Below are positions 26,849 to 35,125 of a stretch of DNA of 40,710 nucleotides, in pieces. How positions within the stretch are numbered: position 1 is the first letter of the stretch; the number at the start of each line of letters is the position of its first letter. The stretch lies in the sequence record NC_019710.1. One strand, given 5' to 3'. The notes below the pieces were generated by a model that saw only the letters and a list, made by a program, of their open reading frames with translations, ran no database searches and was not told where the DNA came from. The DNA is from Enterobacteria phage HK140. The translations under genes were made by a program, and so were the position numbers.

Positions 26849-27737
26849 CCTCCAGTTTCGCTTTGCATTCTATGTAAATGGCTTGTACGTTCTGCTGCAA
26901 TTTCATTCCAGCTGTCAGGCGATATGCTTCTGCAAAATATCGCTTCAAATCATCCATGTTTTCTGCCTGAGCCATTTCATCGCAAAGAAGTTGTGCTTTA
27001 TCCATTATTTCCTGCTGGCGTTTCCGTTCATCTTCGCGGATATCTTCCTCTGATTTGTGCGGCATAACTGGTTCAGTCCATACACCTTCTTCTTCGTTTA
27101 GTACGTGAATAGCACTATCAAGACGTGATGCCTTAGGCCAATACTTGCTTGCACGCTTTACGACCGTCTTTCGCGCCATCTCATTCCAGTGATTTACCCA
27201 TGGTCCTTTATCGCTGAATGCTGCCTTGCTTGTTTTCCTTACAGCCTCAATTTCAGCCAGACTCATCTCTTCCGTTAGATAATCACCTGCTGGCGTCTTA
27301 ACTGTGCAGTAAACGCCAACGATATCACCACGATCACCGAAGGCGTTGTATTTATGGGTTGGTGCTTTATCAAGCCCGTTTGACTCATAGGTATCGTTAG
27401 CATGAACAAGTTTTGCCTGACCCCATGAGATAACACCAGACTCCATTGCAATATGGAGCAATCCCATATAGCTGATATCAAGGCAAACCATGCCGTCGCG
27501 AGGAACCAGATAAGCCAGTTTGCTGGCAGGGTTTAAGGTGATGCCGATCGCAGCAACATTGATGATAGCGTTCTGTGCGCTGGTTGGATTTGCCAGTGCC
27601 GTTTTAGCCAGGTAATCGTTTTTCTGGAAATACTGAATTGCAAACTGGCTTTCCTTAGCCCATGTCACCGTCTGTTCAGTCAATGCTCCACAGAATAACT
27701 GCTCCTGCTGTTTAACGAATTCAACGATATTGCTCAT
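26826..27737 (-). CDS. recT: RecT-family single-strand annealing recombinase
   Basis: 303 aa with typical RecT/Bet-like sequence character; no adjacent exonuclease gene recognised. Confidence 0.8.
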   Translation of the reverse strand: MSNIVEFVKQQEQLFCGALTEQTVTWAKESQFAIQYFQKNDYLAKTALANPTSAQNAIINVAAIGITLNPASKLAYLVPRDGMVCLDISYMGLLHIAMESGVISWGQAKLVHANDTYESNGLDKAPTHKYNAFGDRGDIVGVYCTVKTPAGDYLTEEMSLAEIEAVRKTSKAAFSDKGPWVNHWNEMARKTVVKRASKYWPKASRLDSAIHVLNEEEGVWTEPVMPHKSEEDIREDERKRQQEIMDKAQLLCDEMAQAENMDDLKRYFAEAYRLTAGMKLQQNVQAIYIECKAKLEVASEQTI

Positions 27738-28045
27738 GCTGCTTCTCCATAAATGTGTCTGCGTTTGAATATTGCGAAGGCATATTCAGCCTTAACTCTT
27801 TCGGTTATTGCATCCCAGAACCATTCAGCGGCTTTTTCCTGATAGTTACAATCATCATCTTCCAGCCAGTCGATAGCGTCCTTAGTGTGTTCATCTGGTT
27901 TATATGAGCGAAGCATTTCGCTTATTGGGTCGCAACGTTTGCAGAGGCGATCAACTTCACTGTTGATTCGTTCGTAATCTTCATCAGTAAAACTTGCGAT
28001 TATTTGCGATATTTCACGCTTATCATTCAGAGTCAGAATCATCAT
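27734..28045 (-). CDS. Hypothetical protein
   Basis: 103-aa ORF; ATGA overlap with recT. Confidence 0.4.
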   Translation of the reverse strand: MMILTLNDKREISQIIASFTDEDYERINSEVDRLCKRCDPISEMLRSYKPDEHTKDAIDWLEDDDCNYQEKAAEWFWDAITERVKAEYAFAIFKRRHIYGEAA

Positions 28046-28126
28046 CTTTCTCCTGTTCTTTGTGCTGATTGAGCATTTTGTTCATCTGACGAATGAATTC
28101 TTCGTCTGACCAGTTATCTGTAAAAC

Positions 28127-28297
28127 TCATGGGCGGCCTTGTTGTTTCAAAATATCCCAAAGCTTTTCGAGCAAACTTTTCATTCTTGGTTGTTTAAAGT
28201 CTGCTCCGGTTAAAATGTTTTTTCGTGAATGCTGTACCGATAAAATCGGGTTGAAAGGGCGAACCGATGCCGCCCCTGCAATAGCGAACTGTTGCAT
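28127..28297 (-). CDS. cIII: CIII-like protein (candidate FtsH inhibitor)
   Basis: 56 aa from the internal ATG at 28297 (RBS AGGAG): MQQFAIAGAAS...KSLLEKLWDILKQQG resembles lambda CIII (MQYAIAGWPVAG...ESLLERITRKLRDGWKRLIDILNQPG). Confidence 0.55.
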   Translation of the reverse strand: MQQFAIAGAASVRPFNPILSVQHSRKNILTGADFKQPRMKSLLEKLWDILKQQGRP

Positions 28298-28523
28298 AGG
28301 ATGCTCCTTCTGTTTGATTACATAACGAAAACGCCTCGAGTGAAGCGTTATTGGTATGCATATAAAAAAGCCCTCACACTGGAGGGCAAAGAAGATTTCC
28401 AATAATCAGAACAAGTCGGCTCCTGTTTAGTTACGAGCGACATTGCTCCGTGTATTCACTCGTTGGAATGAATACACAGTGCAGTGTTTATTCTGTTATT
28501 TATGCCAAAAATAAAGGCCACTA

Positions 28524-28724
28524 TCAGGCAGCTTTGTTGTTCTGTTTACCAAGTTCTCTGGCAATCATTGCCGTCGCTCGTATTGCCCATTTATCGACAT
28601 ATTTCCCATCTTCCATTACAGGAAACATTTCTTCAGGCTTAACCATGCATTCCGATTGCAGCTTGCATCCATTGCATCGCTTGAATTGTCCACACCATTG
28701 ATTTTTATCAATAGTCGTAGTCAT
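28524..28724 (-). CDS. Hypothetical Cys-rich small protein
   Basis: 66 aa with four Cys (C-x5-C-x2-C-x5-C); RBS AGGA before the ATG; start overlaps a 27-aa acidic upstream ORF. Confidence 0.4.
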   Translation of the reverse strand: MTTTIDKNQWCGQFKRCNGCKLQSECMVKPEEMFPVMEDGKYVDKWAIRATAMIARELGKQNNKAA

Positions 28725-28937
28725 AAGGATAGTCCTGGTATTGTTCCATCACATCCTGGGGATGCTCTTCGAACTCTTCAAATTCTTCTTCCATATATCA
28801 CCTTAAATAGTGGATTGCGGTAGTAAAGATTGTGCCTGTCTTTTAACCACATCAGGCTCGGTGGTTCTCGTGTACCCCTACAGCGAGAAATCGGATAAAC
28901 TCTATTCACCCCTACAGAGAGCAAAAGAGAAACGCCG

Positions 28938-29519
28938 ATGAACAACTCATGGTGGCAGGAACTAATGCATTTTTTCCTGCAAGGAATGACACTTAAACAG
29001 TTGATTCATATGCTAATCATCCTGATCATATTGATTATTGTTATGCCGGTAAGCGTAAAAGAATGGATAAACCTGCATAATCCAGAAATCCTTCCTCATT
29101 ACTGGATGTATTACATCCTGTTGTTTTGCGTTAGCTATGTGCTTAACGGCGTTGTTAATTCCGCTTATCACGCTGTGACTGAAAGAATTGAGGTATTCGC
29201 TGCTCAGAAGCGCAAATCTAAAGAAGAAAAATATGTGCAAGATTTGTTTGATTCGTTAACTCTTGGAGAAAGAGCGTATTTGGCATTCGCTGTAGCCGCG
29301 AATAACCAGCTAAAGACAGAAAAGGGAAGCCCTGAAGCAATCTCATTGCTCGAAAAAGGGCTTCTTATTCGGATACCTTCTGCTACTGGATATCCTGAAA
29401 TCGACCGTTTTGTTATCCCGGAACGCTATAGAAATGAGTGCTACATTAGGTTTGCTGGGAAGAAAGACAGTCTTATGGATGAACTTATCGCTCAGGATAA
29501 GCATGGCAAAAACAAGTAA
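28938..29519 (+). CDS. Membrane protein, candidate SieB-like superinfection exclusion protein
   Basis: 193 aa; two N-terminal hydrophobic helices (LIHMLIILIILIIVMPVSV, YWMYYILLFCVSYVLNGVV) and a charged C-terminal domain; opposite strand to the surrounding early operon. Confidence 0.45.
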   Translation: MNNSWWQELMHFFLQGMTLKQLIHMLIILIILIIVMPVSVKEWINLHNPEILPHYWMYYILLFCVSYVLNGVVNSAYHAVTERIEVFAAQKRKSKEEKYVQDLFDSLTLGERAYLAFAVAANNQLKTEKGSPEAISLLEKGLLIRIPSATGYPEIDRFVIPERYRNECYIRFAGKKDSLMDELIAQDKHGKNK

Positions 29520-29534
29520 TTAGCAAATGATTTA

Positions 29535-29807
29535 TCATCTCGCCGTCAGTTGTTTTGATTTCCTGTAGCCTGCCGCGTAAATGGCTACGTTTGGCAGGCA
29601 AACACTTCCACTGCATTCATCAACTTTCTTGCAGCGAAGACTTCCGAGTGATGCTGCTTTGTCTGCTCTGACGCAACCAGAGAGCTTTAGCGCAATTTTT
29701 CGCGCCAGTCGCTGCTCTTGCATCGCCTGTTCACGTTGAGCCTGTCTGCGTGCTCTGCGGCGATTTCTGGCGTTATCGTCAGCCAGATATGTAATGACTA
29801 CTGTCAT
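29535..29807 (-). CDS. N: N-like antitermination protein
   Basis: 90 aa from the ATG at 29807 (RBS GGAGG); N-terminal arginine-rich motif DNARNRRRARRQAQREQ; first gene downstream of nutL. Confidence 0.6.
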   Translation of the reverse strand: MTVVITYLADDNARNRRRARRQAQREQAMQEQRLARKIALKLSGCVRADKAASLGSLRCKKVDECSGSVCLPNVAIYAAGYRKSKQLTAR

Positions 29808-30118
29808 GTTGACCTCCGATGAAACAACTTTGGAATTGATAGTGATTGCAAAGTGGTTTCTGGCCCCTCGAATTGAGGGGCAGAAAGAGCATCTCGCCAC
29901 CTAATAGGTCGATGCTCGGATCGAGAGATTTAATTAACCTCGGTTTTGAAGTTATGCATTCACATAAATCCTCCTGTTGCATGTGCAGCATTGGCTGTGT
30001 TTGGCGGCTGCATTTCGCCTATGGAATTGACTTTGGCGGTGACGCGCCGGGTGCTTATCTTCCGGTTGCCGTCGTGCAGCTGCACTTCACGTCACCCCAA
30101 AGCCAACTACTCTTTGGT

Positions 30119-30159
30119 TCCCGCATTTCGGCGGGACAATCCCATCAATGTTAAAGAGC
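30119..30159 (-). promoter_or_regulatory. nutL (boxA-like GGCTCTTTAA plus boxB hairpin)
   Basis: Minus-strand boxB TCCCGCCGAAATGCGGGA is identical to the nutR boxB; boxA-like element lies 14 nt upstream. Confidence 0.6.
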
Positions 30160-30206
30160 CTGCCAATCTGTTCCGTTTGGCTACCAGCGTCCTGCTGATG
30201 GTTAAA

Positions 30207-30292
30207 GAATACTGTAGGTATTTTATTTTGTAAATACTCAAGGTATTTATTTTGGTGAAATAATGATAAGCAAATGAATACAAAGGATATTT
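30207..30292. promoter_or_regulatory. OL operators (three 17-bp sites) and presumed pL
   Basis: GAATACtgtagGTATTT (30207-30223), AAATACtcaagGTATTT (30232-30248), GAATACaaaggATATTT (30276-30292). Confidence 0.6.
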
Positions 30293-30377
30293 ATTTTTTC
30301 GGCGTCTGCTTGTTCAGTGCTTTTTATGCGGGATATGTGAAGTGGATCCCGATAGCTATTGCTGCCGGGATTATGGG

Positions 30378-30746
30378 TTAGTCAGCGAAGGTTAAGACGA
30401 GAATTACCTTAATGATGTCTGCTACAACAGACACGGCCATAGATAAACCAAAGACGATCCAAGCCATAGAGATGTCTTCACTACCATCGTATAGAGTTCC
30501 GTAATCACTGGTATAAGGCGTAAATGTCGCGCCTTGATACAATAGGTATAAGCTTGATCCATAGAGGATAAATGCAGATATCCCTTGTATTGCTATGATC
30601 ACCAGAATCATGAAACGAGCTGATCTATGCGCCCAAGCCTGGCTTATTTTTTCTGATAGAGATTTCGCAAGAAAAGCATGCGCTAAGCCGTAAATTGTCG
30701 AGATTGCCAACATCCCAAAAAAGCTTGCTATAGCGGTTCCAACCAT
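30378..30746 (-). CDS. Small three-helix membrane protein co-transcribed with cI (lambda rexAB position)
   Basis: 122 aa from the ATG at 30746 (RBS AAGGGG), or 129 aa from the TTG at 30767 overlapping the cI stop; three hydrophobic segments; lies between cI and OL. Confidence 0.6.
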   Translation of the reverse strand: MVGTAIASFFGMLAISTIYGLAHAFLAKSLSEKISQAWAHRSARFMILVIIAIQGISAFILYGSSLYLLYQGATFTPYTSDYGTLYDGSEDISMAWIVFGLSMAVSVVADIIKVILVLTFAD

Positions 30747-30763
30747 AAGCGCCCCTTGCGTGA

Positions 30764-31480
30764 TCAAACCAGCCTTAGTTTTGTCTCAATTGCAACGCCT
30801 ATAATCTTGCAGTTTCCATTGATTGGCACGAGAGGCCATGCAGGATTAAGTCCCTTGAGGTATTTATTTCCGCCGTCGATTATCAGCTTCTTGAATGTTG
30901 CTTCGTTAGAGTCAGAAAGTTTTGCTATGACCAAGCTGCCGTTGACCGCCTCCCTTCCGGTATCGAAAAGAACGAATGTTCCCTCTGGAATGCTTAACCC
31001 AACCGGTGCCGTCATTGAATCACCTTCCACTTTAAGCCAGAACGCATTACCTTGAATATGCGCGTCAGACTCAAGCCAAACATCTATGTCTTTAATGGTG
31101 TATGGTTCGCATGCTTCACACCACGAGCCAGCCTGGATACTGCTTAACACCGGATACCTCTTTCCTGCTCTGTATTCCCCTGCATACCTTACGTTGGCAT
31201 CGCTCTTAAGGCTTTCTGCCTGTTCTGCAACCTTGGCAGCAATTGACTGGCTAAAATCAGCAATTGAGACTTGCAACAACCGTGCAAAACCAGATGCAAC
31301 CTCAACGTTTAGCGCGTTTCTGCCATTAAGATAATGCCCTACCGCTCCTTGGGTGATACCCAGTTCATCAGCGATTGAGTATTGGGTTATTCCCAATTCT
31401 TTCTTTTTTGACTCATACAAAGCCTTAAGCCGCTTAGCGTCTTCGAGCTGTTCTGTCGTCAGTGATTTTTTATTTTCCAT
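30764..31480 (-). CDS. cI: CI repressor (HTH plus S24 autopeptidase)
   Basis: 238 aa; N-terminal HTH (QYSIADELGITQGAVGHYLNG), C-terminal GDSM serine motif and downstream Lys; divergent from cro across OR. Confidence 0.9.
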   Translation of the reverse strand: MENKKSLTTEQLEDAKRLKALYESKKKELGITQYSIADELGITQGAVGHYLNGRNALNVEVASGFARLLQVSIADFSQSIAAKVAEQAESLKSDANVRYAGEYRAGKRYPVLSSIQAGSWCEACEPYTIKDIDVWLESDAHIQGNAFWLKVEGDSMTAPVGLSIPEGTFVLFDTGREAVNGSLVIAKLSDSNEATFKKLIIDGGNKYLKGLNPAWPLVPINGNCKIIGVAIETKLRLV

Positions 31481-31490
31481 AGCTTAATTC

Positions 31491-31556
31491 TAATAGCTAA
31501 GGTACTTAAACTAAAAATACCCTGAGTATTGATTGATTTGAATACCTGTAGTATTC
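31491..31556. promoter_or_regulatory. OR operators (three sites) with pRM and pR
   Basis: TAATAGctaagGTACTT (31491-31507, weak), AAATACcctgaGTATTG (31515-31531), GAATACctgtaGTATTC (31540-31556, perfect palindrome); spacing 24-25 bp. Confidence 0.65.
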
Positions 31557-31586
31557 TTTGTTCATGGTTAATAACGGAGAGTGCAT

Positions 31587-31781
31587 ATGATTCGAATGAC
31601 ACTTGCCGATTACGCCAAAATCCATGGACAGGCTAAAGCAGCCAGTGACTTTGGTGTAATCCAGTGCGCTATCAGCAAGGCCATTCTGGCAGGCCGTAAC
31701 ATCATGGTTACGGTAAAGCCTGATGGCAGTGTGATTGGAGAGGAAGTTCGTCCTTTCCCAAGCAACAAGAAAAACAAATAG
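31587..31781 (+). CDS. cro: Cro repressor
   Basis: 64 aa aligning with lambda Cro (ITLKDYA...GVYQSAINKAIHAGR...EEVKPFPSNKK) but with a different recognition helix ([12 protein letters not shown]). Confidence 0.9.
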   Translation: MIRMTLADYAKIHGQAKAASDFGVIQCAISKAILAGRNIMVTVKPDGSVIGEEVRPFPSNKKNK

Positions 31782-31787
31782 TAACAC

Positions 31788-31831
31788 CGCTCTTTAACAG
31801 TCATGGTCATCACTCCCGCCGAAATGCGGGA
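31788..31831 (+). promoter_or_regulatory. nutR (boxA CGCTCTTTA plus boxB hairpin)
   Basis: boxA at 31788-31796; boxB TCCCGC-cgaaat-GCGGGA at 31814-31831. Confidence 0.7.
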
Positions 31832-31889
31832 ATACAACGCGCATAATTTGATGCGCATAACTTCTTATTTGTTAAGGAAATACTTACAT

Positions 31890-32168
31890 ATGCAACTTAC
31901 AAGTACTCGCAAGAAAGCGAATGCAATTACAAGCAACATCCTGAATCGAATTGCTGTACGTGGTCAGCGAAAGGTTGCCGACGCGTTAGGGATTAATGAA
32001 TCGCAAATTTCGCGATGGAAAGACAGCTTTATCCCAAAGATGGCCATGCTTCTGGCTGTGCTGGAGTGGGGTGTTGAAGACGAGGAATTAGCAAAGCTAG
32101 CAAAGAAAGTAGCCATGGTGCTGACAAAAGAAAAGCCTCAAGACTGCTGCAACAGTTTTGAGGCCTGA
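31890..32168 (+). CDS. cII: CII transcriptional activator
   Basis: 92 aa from the ATG at 31890 (RBS AAGGA); QISRWK...IPKMAMLLAVLEWGVEDEE matches lambda CII (SQISRWKRDWIPKFSMLLAVLEWGV). Confidence 0.85.
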   Translation: MQLTSTRKKANAITSNILNRIAVRGQRKVADALGINESQISRWKDSFIPKMAMLLAVLEWGVEDEELAKLAKKVAMVLTKEKPQDCCNSFEA

Positions 32169-32202
32169 TGTAGAAAGACTGGATCAATCCACAGGAGTCA
32201 TT

Positions 32203-33102
32203 ATGACAAATACAGCAAAAATACTCAACTTCTGCAGAGGTAACTTTGCCAAACAGGAGCGTAATGTGGCAGATCTCGATGATGGTTACGCCAGACTATC
32301 AAATATGCTGCTTGAGGCTTATTCAGGCGCAGATCTGACCAAGCGACAGTTTAAAGTGCTGCTTGCCATTCTGCGTAAAACCTATGGGTGGAATAAACCA
32401 ATGGACAGAATCACCGATTCTCAACTTAGCGAGATTACAAAGTTACCCGTCAAACGGTGCAATGAAGCCAAGTTAGAACTCGTCAGAATGAATATTATCA
32501 AGCAGCAAGGCGGCATGTTTGGACCAAATAAAAACATCTCAGAATGGTGTATCCCTCAAAACGAGGGAAAATCCCCTAAAACGAGGGATAAAACATCCCT
32601 CAAATTGGGGGATTGCTATCCCTCAAAACAGGGGGACACAAAAGACACTAATACAAAAGAAAAAAGAAAAGATTATTCGTCAGAGAATTCTGGCGAATCC
32701 TCTGACCAGCCAGAAAACGATCTTTCTGTGGTTAAACCGGATGCTGCAATTCAGAGCGGCAGCAAGTGGGGAACAGCAGAAGACCTGACCGCCGCAGAGT
32801 GGATGTTTGACATGGTGAAGACTATCGCACCATCAGCCAGAAAACCGAATTTTGCTGGGTGGGCTAACGATATCCGCCTGATGCGTGAACGTGACGGACG
32901 TAACCATCGCGACATGTGTGTACTGTTCCGCTGGGCATGCCAGGACAACTTCTGGTCCGGTAACGTTCTTAGCCCGGCCAAACTCCGCGACAAGTGGACC
33001 CAGCTCGAAATCAACCGTAACAAGCAACAGGCAGTCGTGACAGCCAGCAAACCAAAACTCGACCTGACAAACACAGACTGGATTTACGGGGTGGATCTAT
33101 GA
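32203..33102 (+). CDS. O: Replication initiator O
   Basis: 299 aa from the ATG at 32203; appears near-identical to lambda O from memory (MTNTAKILNF...); contains the ori iterons. Confidence 0.9.
   Translation: MTNTAKILNFCRGNFAKQERNVADLDDGYARLSNMLLEAYSGADLTKRQFKVLLAILRKTYGWNKPMDRITDSQLSEITKLPVKRCNEAKLELVRMNIIKQQGGMFGPNKNISEWCIPQNEGKSPKTRDKTSLKLGDCYPSKQGDTKDTNTKEKRKDYSSENSGESSDQPENDLSVVKPDAAIQSGSKWGTAEDLTAAEWMFDMVKTIAPSARKPNFAGWANDIRLMRERDGRNHRDMCVLFRWACQDNFWSGNVLSPAKLRDKWTQLEINRNKQQAVVTASKPKLDLTNTDWIYGVDL
32552..32636. repeat. ori iterons (four copies of the TCCCTCAAAACGAGGGA-type repeat) with adjacent A/T-rich region
   Basis: Four related ~18-bp repeats at 32552, 32572, 32597 and 32619, followed by an A/T-rich stretch at 32641-32675, inside the O gene. 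Confidence 0.8.
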
Positions 33103-33800
33103 AAAACATCGCCGCACAGATGGTTAACTTTGACCGTGAGCAGATGCGTCGGATCGCCAACAACATGCCGGAACAGTACGACGAAAAGCCGCAGGTACAG
33201 CAGGTAGCGCAGATCATCAACGGTGTGTTCAGCCAGTTACTGGCAACTTTCCCGGCGAGCCTGGCTAACCGTGACCAGAACGAACTGAACGAAATCCGCC
33301 GCCAGTGGGTTCTGGCTTTCCGGGAAAACGGGATCACCACAATGGAACAGGTTAACGCAGGAATGCGCGTAGCCCGTCGGCAGAATCGACCATTTCTGCC
33401 ATCACCCGGGCAGTTTGTTGCATGGTGCCGGGAAGAAGCATCCGTTATCGCCGGACTGCCAAACGTCAGCGAGCTGGTTGATATGGTTTACGAGTATTGC
33501 CGGAAGCGAGGCCTGTATCCGGATGCGGAGTCTTATCCGTGGAAATCAAACGCGCACTACTGGCTGGTTACCAACCTGTATCAGAACATGCGGGCCAATG
33601 CGCTTACTGATGCGGAATTACGCCGTAAGGCCGCAGATGAGCTTGTCCATATGACTGCGAGAATTAACCGTGGTGAGGCGATCCCTGAACCAGTAAAACA
33701 ACTTCCTGTCATGGGCGGTAGACCTCTAAATCGTGCACAGGCTCTGGCGAAGATCGCAGAAATCAAAGCTAAGTTCGGACTGAAAGGAGCAAGTGTATGA
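33099..33800 (+). CDS. P: Replication protein P (helicase loader)
   Basis: 233 aa; ATGA overlap with O; matches lambda P from memory. Confidence 0.9.
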   Translation: MKNIAAQMVNFDREQMRRIANNMPEQYDEKPQVQQVAQIINGVFSQLLATFPASLANRDQNELNEIRRQWVLAFRENGITTMEQVNAGMRVARRQNRPFLPSPGQFVAWCREEASVIAGLPNVSELVDMVYEYCRKRGLYPDAESYPWKSNAHYWLVTNLYQNMRANALTDAELRRKAADELVHMTARINRGEAIPEPVKQLPVMGGRPLNRAQALAKIAEIKAKFGLKGASV

Positions 33801-34087
33801 CGGGCAAAGAGGCAATTATTCATTACCTGGGGACGCATAATAGCTTCTGTGCGCCGGACGTTGCCGCGCTAACAGGCGCAACAGTAACCAGCATAAATCA
33901 GGCCGCGGCTAAAATGGCACGGGCAGGTCTTCTGGTTATCGAAGGTAAGGTCTGGCGAACGGTGTATTACCGGTTTGCTACCAGGGAAGAACGGGAAGGA
34001 AAGATGAGCACGAACCTGGTTTTTAAGGAGTGTCGCCAGAGTGCCGCGATGAAACGGGTATTGGCGGTATATGGAGTTAAAAGATGA
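33797..34087 (+). CDS. ren: Ren protein
   Basis: 96 aa; ATGA overlap with P; matches lambda Ren from memory. Confidence 0.8.
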   Translation: MTGKEAIIHYLGTHNSFCAPDVAALTGATVTSINQAAAKMARAGLLVIEGKVWRTVYYRFATREEREGKMSTNLVFKECRQSAAMKRVLAVYGVKR

Positions 34088-34160
34088 CCATCTACATTAC
34101 TGAGCTAATAACAGGCCTGCTGGTAATCGCAGGCCTTTTTATTTGGGGGAGAGGGAAGTC

Positions 34161-34601
34161 ATGAAAAAACTAACCTTTGAAATTCGATCTCCAGCACATC
34201 AGCAAAACGCTATTCACGCAGTACGGCAAATCCTTCCAGACCCAACCAAACCAATCGTAGTAACCATTCAGGAACGCAACCGCAGCTTAGACCAGAACCG
34301 AAAGCTTTGGGCTTGCCTTGGTGACGTCTCTCGTCAGGTTGAATGGCATGGTCGCTGGCTGGATGCAGAAAGCTGGAAGTGTGTGTTTACCGCAGCATTA
34401 AAGCAGCAGGATGTTGTTCCTAACCTTGCCGGGAATGGCTTTGTGGTAATAGGCCAGTCAACCAGCAGGATGTGTGTAAGCGAATTTGCGGAGCTATTAG
34501 AGCTTATACAGGCATTCGGTACAGAGCGTGGCGTTAAGTGGTCAGACGAAGCGCGACTGGCTCTGGAGTGGAAAGCGCGATGGGGAGATCGGGCTGCATG
34601 A
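34161..34601 (+). CDS. ninB: NinB (Orf-family recombination mediator)
   Basis: 146 aa from the ATG at 34161 (MKKLTFEIRSPAHQQNAIHA...), lambda NinB-like. Confidence 0.85.
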   Translation: MKKLTFEIRSPAHQQNAIHAVRQILPDPTKPIVVTIQERNRSLDQNRKLWACLGDVSRQVEWHGRWLDAESWKCVFTAALKQQDVVPNLAGNGFVVIGQSTSRMCVSEFAELLELIQAFGTERGVKWSDEARLALEWKARWGDRAA

Positions 34602-35125
34602 CTATCAAATCAAATACGCCAGCGCACGACAAGGACTGCTGGCAAACGCCGCTTTGGCTTTTTGATGCACTGGATATTGAGTTTGGATTCTGGCTGGATT
34701 CGGCAGCGAGCGACAAAAATGCTCTGTGTGCTCACTGGCTAACTGAGGCCGACGACGCGCTCAATTCTGAGTGGGTAAGCCACGGTGCAATCTGGAATAA
34801 CCCACCGTACAGCAATATCAGGCCGTGGGTGGAAAAAGCCGCTGAGCAGTGCATACAACAGCGACAGACGGTAGTGATGCTTGTGCCAGAGGATATGTCA
34901 GTCGGATGGTTCAGCAAGGCTCTGGAGAGTGTTGACGAAGTTCGTATTATCACTGATGGACGGATTAATTTTATCGAACCATCGACAGGGCTGGAGAAGA
35001 AGGGAAACAGCAAAGGTTCCATGCTGCTGATTTGGCGACCGTTCATCAGTCCTCGACGGATGTTTACTACCGTATCCAAAGCGGCATTGATGGCGATCGG
35101 GCAGGGCGTCAGGAGGGCGGCATGA
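34598..35125 (+). CDS. DNA N6-adenine methyltransferase (phage Dam type)
   Basis: 175 aa from the ATG at 34598 (ATGA overlap with ninB); NPPYS motif (the DPPY-type catalytic motif). Confidence 0.8.
   Translation: MTIKSNTPAHDKDCWQTPLWLFDALDIEFGFWLDSAASDKNALCAHWLTEADDALNSEWVSHGAIWNNPPYSNIRPWVEKAAEQCIQQRQTVVMLVPEDMSVGWFSKALESVDEVRIITDGRINFIEPSTGLEKKGNSKGSMLLIWRPFISPRRMFTTVSKAALMAIGQGVRRAA

Noticed and set aside
28450-28701. 83-aa plus-strand ORF opposite the Cys-rich protein gene.
   Set aside because: The minus-strand ORF has an RBS and translational coupling with an upstream peptide; the plus-strand ORF has neither.
29846-30233. Plus-strand ORFs 29846-30154 and 29946-30233.
   Set aside because: They overlap nutL, the N leader and OL/pL, a region expected to be non-coding regulatory sequence.
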